DNA of 64,000 nucleotides, from the NCBI GenBank assembly GCA_040954595.2, contig CM082585.2, positions 11,869,863 through 11,933,862 on the forward strand, in the 5' to 3' direction. The stretch comes from Balanoglossus misakiensis (lineage: Eukaryota > Animalia > Hemichordata). The notes under the pieces were generated by a model. That model was given only the letters and a program-made list of their open reading frames with translations. It ran no database searches and was not told the origin of the DNA. The translations under genes were made by a program, and so were the position numbers. Shown piece after piece: positions 39,005 through 51,500 of the stretch (its first letter is position 1; every line of letters starts with the position of its first letter).

Positions 39005-40623
39005 TTCATCAATGCAATACTTCTTAATTATTTACAACAATCAATCCATTTACAAAAATCATTAATTTAAAATTAATCAAAATTTCATTTGATAAAAAAA
39101 CATTGCAAGGAAATGTACATTGGTTACAGTATAGTACAAAATTTACATAGAGTTTAATCAAGGTTCTTAAAATGTAAATGCAAAATACACACGAATCTGG
39201 GTACAACAGAAACTGATGATAAAACACTTCTTTGGAAGCCATCAGTGAAAACATCAGCACGGTAAAATGTTACATTTGACTGGTAGAGATATCCAAGGCC
39301 TTGTCTGGCCCACTACAGATTATTTGTTCCACAATTGTGTGTTCAGTGATGTGTACAAAAAATCAAATATGAACTCGGCTTTATAAAGTGACTACAATCA
39401 GCAAAATGGAAAACATTTTGTTTGTCAAGAAATCCATAAAAGTTTCCAATTACAGTAAAAATATAATTTTAATATACATTCTTGTTTGAAAAGTATTGTG
39501 ATATGCTTTTCATGGGTTGAAAACCTCTATACGACTTTTTACATATGTTACAAATTGTTTAATAGTGCAAAGTGTTAATGGTTTCAACTGATAAAAGAAT
39601 GTCAAACTATTATAGGTAATGTCTGAACTTCACCCCCACCAAACATGAGAGGAGCTGCAGCTCACAAAACAGGCAATTTAAAGAAATCTGCACTCGGGTT
39701 ACAATGAACAACTGTGGACTTGAAATCGACCATTTTCCCACAGAATGCTTACAGTATGGTTTAGATTCATGACAACGATATGCAGAGTTTAAGTTGGGAT
39801 CAGCGTGACATTTCCTTCTGTTATTAGAGCTTTCTGAAAACATTTCTCAATGATTCATGCGTTCAACTGCACCAACTGATCTACTTCATCATTGTGAATT
39901 TAACCTGACAATGTATAGTACTGCATTGGGTGAATGAATTCAACTGGTTTAATGCAAAGGCAGGTTGATGCAAACAAACATGGTACACATAAAGTGCATG
40001 ATGTCTTTCAAGCTCATAGGAGACAGACACCTGTTTGTGGACAGGTGCGCATGAACACAGCTACTGAGTTAGGCCTTTAATTAGCATGCGACCCATTTCT
40101 ATGGACAGTAGGACTCCCTTTCTGTATAGCCTGTACATGGTCAATCTGTAGTACACGAGCACGCCAGGTGTACCGTAGTGTAAATTCAGGCCATCTTAGG
40201 CGTGCTTTGCATGCAGTCACATTTTCTAGGCTGGTCACTTGTCGGGAGGAAGGACCAAATTTGTTGTCCTTCCTTATTGCACTTCAATTTCTGAGGTAAG
40301 ACTCATTGCTGGAATATTTCAACGTGAAACTGGTACTGCTGAACTGAATTTACGTTGACTTCAACTGCTGTAAGAATTTATTTCTGTCATTTTAGTGCTG
40401 TATTTCTGTAATGACCTTGCCAATGTAATTTTTTTATAGAACTTCATGTGCTGTGTGTACCAAGTTTGCTAGGTGTGTACAACACTGAATCAACCTTGAC
40501 TTTTTGGTGAGTTATTAAAGTGCCACTTGAATTTATATCCAGTGTCCAGAGAGAGTATATTTGGGGCCCATTATATCACATAGGTATTGGATTCACATTG
40601 TAAGGGTTTTCAGATACATAGAA

Positions 40624-40645
40624 TGGGGGGGGGGGGGGGGGGGGG
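40624..40645. repeat. Poly-G tract
   Basis: About 22 consecutive G; a second G-rich run lies at ~44251-44274. Confidence 0.9.
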
Positions 40646-42524
40646 TCCATATATTTTTGCGAACACACTGTGATGACAATTTGACTTGAATGCATCTTCG
40701 TGTTTATGCAGATAAATCAATTTGAAATTATTTCCTTCTGCAATGTTTCAGAGACAATATTTTATCCACAAGTGAATGATGGTGGATTTATTGTTGAAAT
40801 TTCTCCAGACACTGTAAATCAAAATGGCACTTCCTGAGTGGACATGGATACAGAACAGAAAATATAGCGCAGTGTACGTCTGTCCTGTCATGATCAAGAG
40901 AAGTTGTTTGTGCAAACCAGTACAGTAAAGACACGAATAAAGGGACACAAAACATAAGGTAATTGAACTGAGCAAATACTCGATCTGAGAATGATTTGGT
41001 GGTCTTCAAGTATAATGCTTTCCATGACCTGATCCCAGATTTTCCCCAACTGTTCTCACAAACATTCACACATTGCCAGTTTTAAGCCAGTTGTTTAGTT
41101 TAGTGCAGGAATGTAGGATATTCTTTCAAATCAACACAACACTTGGTAGCATATAGAATTTCCTTAGATCTGCATCCACTGACCAAATTTTGAACTCTAC
41201 CAGGAAAAAAGACATGTCTGCAAATCTATAGATTTTCAAACATGTCAAACATTTCTTGAAATCAAGATGGGCATTTTAGGGTTTAATTGATACAGATGAA
41301 TATTTATGATATTCAGATTTCAAACCTTATTTATATACATAAATATTTATCACATTCAAATTTACCTAATGTACATGAGTATGTACATCAAGCAGAGAGT
41401 GCCCATGATTCTAGTCACAATTCTCTTCATGTGACGATAGCTGTCATGAGATACAATACCAGAAAATGGACTGAACTTCAATTTCAAAATTTTAAACAAA
41501 TTTACAAAACAAATGCCAAAGCCAGTTTTATATTACATAAATGATACTCTGTACAAAAATATGACTCTTTCAAGAAGTGAAACTGATATGACAAACACCA
41601 AGCAAATATGACTTTTGATCAGTGTTGGTATACGACAACCTGCACCATCTGATTTGGTATCTAGGTGTTTTGAGTATTGGACATACTGTGGACAGCCTTT
41701 TGGCGTTTAGTAACTGTGACATATTTGTCTTGGCCACCACTTACTATGGGTACAGCATTGAATTCAAATGTAAATGAATGCAGCATGATATTGGCTAATG
41801 TCTGACTTGTTTAAACAAGGAAGGCGGACAGCGCTCGAAAGTGTGCATATTAAGTAGTGCTATCCATCTCTGTCAGCTTGACTCCATCAATGCAAAATAC
41901 TTGAATTCTGAGCCACATATTCATTTCCACTGAACACGAGTAAAGAAATGGCGCTACTTTTGCAAACAGTGGAAAACGGGTTAATGAACCACGGAAACTT
42001 GCAGAGACTGACTAATAGTAATAATGGCAATATGAACACAATGGGTATACATTGAGTGAGTCGAGCTGCCCAAGAAATTGACATCATTCTACAGGAGGAT
42101 ACTTGATGATTTGTGTTCTTTCAGTAGACTGCATGACGCCCTGAGAAAATACCAATATGCAGTCAGTCTACTCTTGTAAGGTTTCTACAGAATTGGTGGG
42201 CACAGTTCGATTAAACCATGCAATCAGACACGTTGTCTATTGATCACATTTTGATATCAGTGCTCAAGAGTGATTGACTGATGTAAAGTATACATGTTAT
42301 GCTGTCTGTTCTTAAAAAAACACAGCAAGATTCTTTTTAAACAACAACAACAAAGCTAGAATCATTAGAATATTAAACCTTATACTGAAAATTTGTTTCA
42401 GTTGAGCCAACTATTTGTATGGCACGTGAAACAATTGCAGATTTTCCATTTGTCACCAGTCATACTTTGTTAAGATTAATTCCATTGAGATTCCATGTTC
42501 TCCAGTTGGTGCCATCATTGAAAT

Positions 42525-45500
42525 CTAGGATTCACTCACTGACCCTACGATATCTCCAATACTCTTGACTTTGATAGATGCTGATTTTTGCAGCATACGT
42601 GCCCATTGGACTTGTTTCTTCTCTTGCTTTTGTTGCTGTTCTTTTTTCTTTCTTATTTTATCCTGAAAATATAAAGAAAATAAATTATACGCATGAAAAA
42701 TATTTAAAACCTAATGTTTATTTGAGACCAACTGTTCAGTTACTAGTATTACTTTAAACCAAATTATTGCAGGTTGATTAGTTTCAGTTGTGTGTTATGA
42801 CCATGACATTACTAGCCTAATGTCACATCAAGAAGCAAAGACAAAATGTACTACTAAGGGCAAACTGTACACATATTTTATTGACATTCACAATTGACAT
42901 TATATTATGGAGTCGGTTCCTGACTTGGTTTATATGGACGAATTTATAGCGTTATACAAGACTTTGCAAGTCAACTGCTCTGACTCACTTGTATAAATAA
43001 ATAGTTTTCTCCGCAGTAGTAAAGTTATATTAGCTACTGTGACTTTTAGAAATTTGCTTTTCGGTGGCTTCTGTCGGTAATATGACCACTCTATAATGTA
43101 GAAAGTGAGGTAGTGCAAAGTACATTTATTCAAACACAGAATGTTTTATGCCATATGTTTTACATTTTGTAGGTACCCAGTAAACTACTTGAATGAGTGA
43201 CTCCACTCATCCAAAGGGTCCCCCATCAAATCTGAAGCACATGGTATAATAAACAGTGAATAACACTCGCATGAAATTTTGTTTAAAGCTGCAGAGCTAA
43301 CAGATCACAGAAGCTGTGATTTTATGAACCAAACAGGCATGAATATGATTGTGAAGAATGGAAACCAGGTGTAACATGCACTTGTGCAGAAACGGACTAT
43401 TAAACAAAATTGAGGAGTATTTGAAGTACATTTAATTCTGAATGAATGACTGTCTGGACAGGATAAAAGTATGAGTTGACTGCAAACGTACAATCATGCG
43501 AAGTTGTAGAGAATGCTCATGTTAGCAGCAGAAACCTTTCCTTTCAAATGATCAATTACAGAACAACAAATGGTCAGATGGTTCTGAAGGAACATACAGG
43601 CAGGATGCCAAAACCATCAATTCACTGAAGTGAAACATTTGATTTCTAATATCACTAAATACCCAAACTCTGCAAACAAATAAAATGTTCAGATTGTTTT
43701 ACATTAACCCCTTGAACCCAGCTTGGAAGAAAACTTTAAAATGACGTCATAGGTCACATGATGCAGGTTTTGGGTGCAAAGGTTCAATAACAAGACTGCC
43801 AACTACATAGCAATGCACCGATAAAACGGCCAAGGCTTAAAGTTCACAATGAAGGAAAACGTGAACGACCAAATTTTATGGTGACACTAAAAAGAGAACA
43901 GGAGATTTATCGTCTGTGGTATTTAATACTTCTCTTTCACGACAGCTGCTATCGTATTTGAGGTCATTCTGATAGGTTAGAAAAGTATATCAAGTAATGA
44001 GACATGTTCATGGCCCTACTCCACTATGTGGTGTGGTACATCTGACTGTAGGGTAAAATTATCTACATTCGATTTCTGTTGGTTTGGTGTGTTGACTTTT
44101 GGAAACTTTTAGGTACTGAAATTTACAGTTAGAATTTTGCATGTTTGCATACATGGACTGTGAAAATATGTGTGTGTCTTGACATGTCCAAGAGAGGCAT
44201 GCTTTGTACAGTTTGTGACGTTGGCTGGTGATGATCCAATACAAGAAGATGGGGAGGGGGGGGGGGGGGGTGGGCGGTATCAACTGAACAGCAGGTGTGA
44301 GAACGGATGCTATGATACAGAATGCAGTTGACTGACATAAAAAGAAGTTCCCTTCCTAAACAAAGCTAAAATGAACTGGACAGTTGACCCCATCGGGCCC
44401 ATTGAATGTAAAACTAGCCATTCCTGTCTGCCAAAGACATTCCCTGTTTATCACCAATGCTGAAGGTCTTTGGCCACTCCTGCCTTGTAGGCATCGTCTC
44501 CATGGAGACTTTTTGCGATAGCATCTGTGTTGTATCATGTGGTCATTATACCGGTTAGGATCCAATTCTGAACCAAGTGCATTATCTTGTTTTTAATTCA
44601 AAGATCAAGTTACTGCTCACAGCCAAGTTGGTGATATAACGTTAAATACAAAGCTGTATGAGTTAAAGTTTATGACTGGGAAAGACGTTTACTTTAGATG
44701 GACACTGAATACTCTGTGATGAATCAGATAGCATATATGGCCATGCAGAGAAAATAAACAGCTTTATTCTTAATTCAATACAGAAATGCCAATTTTTATT
44801 CGAAGCTTTAATAAAGCGATAATTTAGTGGTAAAAATGTGCAGTGTTTCGCTGTCAGTGGCTAAGGCTATCCTCTAGGTCAGTATGGTTCAACCAAGCTT
44901 AAATCACAGCATCATTTTCGAGAAATCATTCCACATGGGAGTATGTCTTACATAGATGAGGACAATAATAGATATAAGGTCAGTCGTTAGATGTCTCATT
45001 TGACTATCAAGTATGGTAGTGGAAGTTCCACCAGAATGTCTCTGGTGACTCACAATTCATTGTGTGGTATTGCATCTCTGTAATCAAGGGTTAATCTAGA
45101 GAGCAGTTTAACATGTTAATGTGACAAGCAACATCTCATCTGTCTTCCCATGCTGATCCTTAATGTTGTAAAACACCAAAGCCACTGTATCCAATCAAGG
45201 CACAAAAGTATGTGACTGAGGCTAGTCTGTTCAACACTATTTATTTCACAGCCTCACTTATAGGAAGAGCCCAAGGATGAACCCTTGAAAACCCAAATCG
45301 AACACCCAGATTGTATTCACTGATATCATGTGGCACTTGATCCAAAACAGCCGCTACTGATCATCATGTCATTTCCGCCCAAGGCTTTTGACTTCACTCC
45401 ACTGAACCCTGAACTTAGAAACCCTTTTACAGGAGAATGAGTTTGAGGAATAAGATCTCTCCAAGACAAACAAGTTCACTTCTCAGAAAATTCCTCATAA

Positions 45501-48500
45501 AATAAAATACATGAGGGCGCTATCGCAAGTAACTCTATCTTCTTTAATGATCAGGAATCTAGATTTGGCAGTTCAGATAACAAAAAGGAGGATAATTTAT
45601 GAAGACAGCTTCCTTGCTAAATTACATTTGAACTTTCTCTCATTTTATGGGAACTGTCTGATGCAATCTGACCTTAAAGATGGTCTACTTGATGACTTCA
45701 GTTTTCTTATTAAAATATTTATCTGTATTTAATCATGCAGATTATAAACAATCTTAAAAAAAATAAACCAGGTGATGTAATTGTCACTAAACAAAACTCC
45801 AAGAAAGATTCTAAAATGTTTCAACTGCAGTATCCTTGATGGCGATAAAATAGAATGAAGGTGTATTTTTAGTTCACAGATAACCTAAGTTTGATCATCA
45901 AATTCTTCTACCGATGATGTAAGTGTTTAGCCACAGGCAAAGAATCAGACATACTAGTATACTTATTCTAAAGCAGTTGACAATTGTGTATTTAAATAAA
46001 CCATCAAAAACAATACCAATAACACACATTTGTTTAAAACTCCAGCCATGCACAATTACAATGCAAGATCATGCGATTCAATCCCAAGCATAAAGGCAGC
46101 AGAGATGTAAACAGCACTGTGCAAGTTTTCAAAAGATCTTGAGAGAAAGTGGAATACGCATTCAGTGTTTCATCTAGGCTGTTGGATCTTTGATGTTGCC
46201 TTGCCCGTTGAACATTAAGACAGGTTCTCATCCCTTAATGGGATGGAGGCGTGTTCCCGTGACATCCTGGATGAAACACAGCATGTGTATTTAACCCTTT
46301 CACCCCCAGTTCCCTCTTTAGAGGTCCAGCCTTTACCATAGAAAACTATGGATTTGGACTGATCCATGTTGGTGAAAGGGTTAACCATTTGAACCCAGGT
46401 CAGATGAAAACTTATTAATGATGTCAGCCGGGACAGAGTGCAAAGGGTTAAGGTGAAAGGTGCATGACTACACACAAAGTTGCAAGCAGACAGAATACTG
46501 CACACCATAGCACAGCAAACAACAGCAATGGCAGTGATGGAGCTGTCACGCAAAGCAAAGGCTTTCTAATCAGTAAACTAAGTAGTACCTGAAAAAAGGA
46601 GAGATGTAAAGCAGCTTGTTCTAATCCAGGTGTAACTTGTGCTCTTTCACCCACTTAATTTGTTTCTGTCGCAATTCATCGCGGCGTCGATTTGCATCCT
46701 GTTGAGGGATAATTAATTTTTGGTGTGCATTAGTAGTGATGGCATTGGGTTTTGATTGTGCCCTTCAAGTTTGAGTACTGCAAAGAGTGCAAGGTTCCTG
46801 AGGGTTCCTCTTAGCACCACCTTCTTCAATAGCATGTGGGGAGGGTATATATAGACAGCGAGTATTAAAGGTGCATGGAAAAATACTAGAAAATAAAGTC
46901 AAAAGTTACAGCTAATGTCCCTTAAACATTATGTAACATTAGCTGTTTTTGTTGATGTCGACATCAACTTCAAAGTTGGTAAATCCAAGAACAGATAGCT
47001 TGGATCCATGTTTATGGTAAGGATGAAACTTCAGTACTAAGGAAGTGAGGGTGTAGCCAATGTCTTGGCTTTTTATCAAGAAGTTTTATATTCTCCTTTA
47101 AAACTGACCTCTTCCTTTTGTCTTCGGATGAGTTGATCCACCCTGGCCATCAAGAGATCCAGTTTGGTGTCATACTCCTCATCTTCATCATCCAAACACA
47201 ATGCACGATTTGTTGGAAAGAAATCATAATTCTGTTCTTTCATCTGTCATTGAAAATCAAATCAAAACCCAATGTTAAAGGAACTTCATTGCTAAAGAAT
47301 TTCACCATGAATTAATTGTTGACTATTTCGACCCCAAAACGCTCTGGAAGGAAATCATACATCTGACAAGTCACTTTGGATGTGTGATTGGTCCTTGATC
47401 CAGTTTCATTAAAAAAGAGTGACCATATGTACTCTCAGAATAACAAGTGAACATTATTTACATGACTCTGCATACTTTACGATGATGTGATGCTTGACAT
47501 TGGTACATATTCCGGAGTAGACCATAACGTGTAAATCTGTTATAAAACTCACCATTTTGTTGACATATAACTCAATGGCTGTGTAGTCATTGCTTCGTGT
47601 TTGGTCCAGGTGAATGAAAAAGAAAAGGTAGGCCCACATGTTGTGTTCCAACTTGACATGGTGTCGGAAACCTTTTCCGTGATGTTCAAAGTCATGGGCG
47701 CTTCGACTGCAGATGAAACACAGTGTCCTCATGTCCTCGTCAGTTCGCCACTGTCAAAATAAACAAAAATAAAACATCGAGTGATCGATCGAGATTGAAA
47801 GTCAGATACATGTAGACACAGAGACAGACAGAGGACACGATTAATAAATGAGGGACTTCTGAAATATGAGCTACATGTGAGGTCTTTTCCTGATCGATTC
47901 TACTTAATGTCACGCTGCAGACAGATTTAAGACTGTCAGCTTTATCCATGGATTTCAAGATCAACCAACTTGATTGATCACTTAAACCTCAAGATCAGAT
48001 CAGTGTGCAATAGATCTTTGATGTTTAACTAGACTGTCACATCTGACTCATGGCTGCATCAAAACTTAAAAAAAAAAACGGCATCTTTTTTCAGTACTTT
48101 ATTGAACTGTGATCCTAAAAAACAAACATGTTTTGAACTCCGTATTTGGCGGTAAATTCTGCACAGAAAACTCTGGGCTGATTTTAATTGTAGTAGAAGC
48201 TAGCGTTCTCTGTTTCTAGGTTATCACCAAACTCTGACATGGTGGTCTGTTCTGTTATCTTTACGTGAAGTTGGTTTAACCACGAAATGGGTGAATGGGG
48301 TAAGGGTCAACAGCTTGAAGCCACTTATCAATCGAAAGATTTCTCCAGATTTTCAGCATTTTGCACGACAGATTGCGTGGCCTTACCTTAGCATCTCTGA
48401 GTTCAGAGAATGTGTCGACGATGATACCGAAGATGATGTTCAATCCGATGGTTATGATGAGTATGTAGAATGTAATGTCATAGATTGCACGTAGAGCATA

Positions 48501-51500
48501 TGCTGTAAAGGTATTCTCTGCATCTGGGATTGTCAGGTACTGAGAATTAAAAATAGGACAAAAAAGTAAATATTGTGATCTTTTAAATAAGATAATAGTA
48601 ATTAGAGGAATATTCTCTAAAGAAAGATTTGAGGGCACTCTGAGATCAAATGATTGATACTGAAGCAAAAGCTTTCGGAGACATTATATAGTTTTCATTT
48701 TTGCAACTGACAAAGGAGAGACTACATGTACATGTATCCGAAAGTTTATGCTTCAGTATCAATCAATTGATCTCAGAGTGTTATCAAACCTTGTATAGAA
48801 GATCAATATGGTTGTGCTACTAATAGGAATATTCTTGTAAGCAATTGCAAGACATACTTGACCTATTTTGACCTTATGGTCTAAAAGATGTTTGAGAATG
48901 AACTAACCTCCTGCAGACCGTCGATCAGACCAAATCTGAGAGAAGTGACGAGACATTCAAACATGTTGCTGCAGTACAACCCAGAACCCGTGTCGAAGTT
49001 ACTGCGTAGGAATGCAAATCCCAGAATGGCGTAAATGTAAATGATGATGAAACCCAACAGGAAGACCCAGAGCAGAGACAAACCTGTAGATGAAATTAGA
49101 TCAACTTTTGTTTGAACAACAAATTTCAAAGAAACAAATTCATATTTGCTTGAGCTCAAACATTCAATATTAGTGGTTGTTACGTATACTATTTTAACTA
49201 AATTCTTATGCGAATTAAAACCATGAAAAAAGTTTCTTACCATTGAGGGTGACGGCTAGCAATACCCTGTTTAGAAGTTGGTTCATGATGACAATGTGTA
49301 GTAAATGGAAACAAAAAAAGTAACCCCAGTAAACTGTACCAAGGATGGAGGTTCCAAAGAAACACTGAAAAATACAAGTGAGCATACATGAATAAAATGA
49401 ACCCTCTCTAATCCGGAAATCTGTTCATTCTAATTAATGTATTCCTGGGAGCCTTTTTCACAGGACAACGGACTTAAAGATTGGCATGACAACACACACT
49501 TTGGCAAAGCAATAATCACAGTCCATTTGGTCTTCAAGTTTTCCTGCTGGCTGTTGATGTCTGCAAGATGTTCACACATTCTAAAATAATACTTACCAGA
49601 TAATAGAAGGTGGTAAAACTGAAGAACTTGGTCTCTAAGTGGGACTGTCTGTCGTCATGGACTTCCCTCCCAAACATTCTCCTACAAAGTCAAACACGCC
49701 AATATAAAATGCACTGGAAATTTTACTTTTAGAGAATAATGCGGACTACATAGGAATTTTGACGAGAGAATAGTCACTTCAAAATAGGAGACAGAGACCG
49801 TTGGAGTAGATCTTGAAGTGACAGCAGAGGTTTAATCTGATAATAGTATATGTACATGTAGTATTATTAAGGCTTACCTGAATACGTTTCTGATTTCATT
49901 GCTACTTGGTAACCTTGGATGGTTGGAGAGGACGAAACTGATGAGCAGACACGTGGACAGGAAATTGTGTACGCCACCTAAGACGTAATGTGCTGTCCAC
50001 CAATCACTTGTTCTCACATCGGGTTTGACACTGTAAAGTCATAAGATAACAGGAATGAAATCAGTTGAGGATTAGATAAGTTAGGTTAGATTATCAGAGA
50101 ATGTCAGGTTTGGCTGGTTCCTTCCCCCCTTTTTTGATTTTGGTCATTACTTCTCTTAAGTACATCAAAGTGCGGTATGTCTGTGAATTTTTTTCAGGAC
50201 TTTGGTGGGGGATTTGTTGGTTCCAAATTCGAGAATCTTGGATTTGTTTAAGCCATATAAACCCATGGCAACCCTTGGTATACTCACGTATTCGTATCGG
50301 CTGGTGCTAACCAGACGGCTACAATGCTGATGTTTATTGCAAAGGAGAGGAAAAGAACGGACCAGTGCCACAGAGGTCTGAAATGAAAAGTGAAATTTCT
50401 GATAGGATGGATGATAAAGATTGCATCATTATGAAATTAAATGCTTTTTCTATTGGTGCTTTTTTTTGCACATTTTGAGTAAAATGAGTGTATGTATGTG
50501 ATACAAGGTTAGTTGTATCCTTACGTTAGTACAATGAAGAATTTGGCTAGGGCGTACGACAGAATCTTTGTCTGATATCTGATGTCATCCATGATATCTT
50601 GAGACCAGTCGATGAAATCTGTGATCTTGTCGCTGGCAGACTCTCTGTTGATATTCCATTTGACCTTTTCCTTGACTTCTTCTCTCAAAACAGACTGAAA
50701 ATTGACAAAAAATGGGGGGTTACATTTCATTCACTGATAGTGTGAAGGTGTGAAAAATATTTTTCAGAAAAAGTAGGTTACCGAAATTTAAAATTTTAAA
50801 AATGGCCGCCACAAAGCAATCTTTGAACCAAAAATTACATACTTAAGGAACCATAGCAACAATAAACAACAACAATGAGATCACTTACAGTATCATTGAC
50901 TCTAAAATGTATCTTCTGAATTTCGTTGTCTTTGAGGAGTTCAACTGACATTGAATTGTTAGAGTAAAACTCCCAGGCTTTGAGACACTCGGCTTCGTAG
51001 GCAGGATCGTGGTCACCACCTTTGATCAAATCTGTAAGAAATTACATTGTGATAAGATATCAAATACCGGTAAATCTTTTCAGGACTTGAAAAGGACATC
51101 CTTGAGAGATTTCTTTGCCTGTCAGCTGTTTGTATATGTTAATAAATGACCCTATGTCGATATAAAAATCATATTTTGTTTTATCATGTTAAACCTATTG
51201 TCTGTAACATCACAAATTACATATCCATTTAACTGGTAAATATACACTTACTGTCTTTGTTGATGTGGCTGTCAATATCCTCCAATCTGCATAAAATATG
51301 ATAATATGCAAATCCCACGGTAGTGAATTCTTCCTTGGTATTCTTATCGGCAATCTTAAAAGCAAAAAACACAAACAATAAAGTTTAATGTTTTCCCAAA
51401 AACAAAATTTGCATTTTATTTCAGAAATACTGTAAATGCCTTACATTTTGTTGGATTTTAATAACCAAGACTCACTTTGGCCTTCTTGTAGTATTCCACC

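Noticed and set aside
41825-41835. REST/RE1 half-site GGACAGCGCT
   Set aside because: The left half-site (TCAGCACC) is absent.
43880-46270. Additional candidate terminal exons of the ITPR-like gene (NDLKYDSS... near 43968; DVTGTRLHPIKG* near 46266)
   Set aside because: AG acceptors exist but the peptides do not resemble the coiled-coil tail pattern shared by the two accepted exons.
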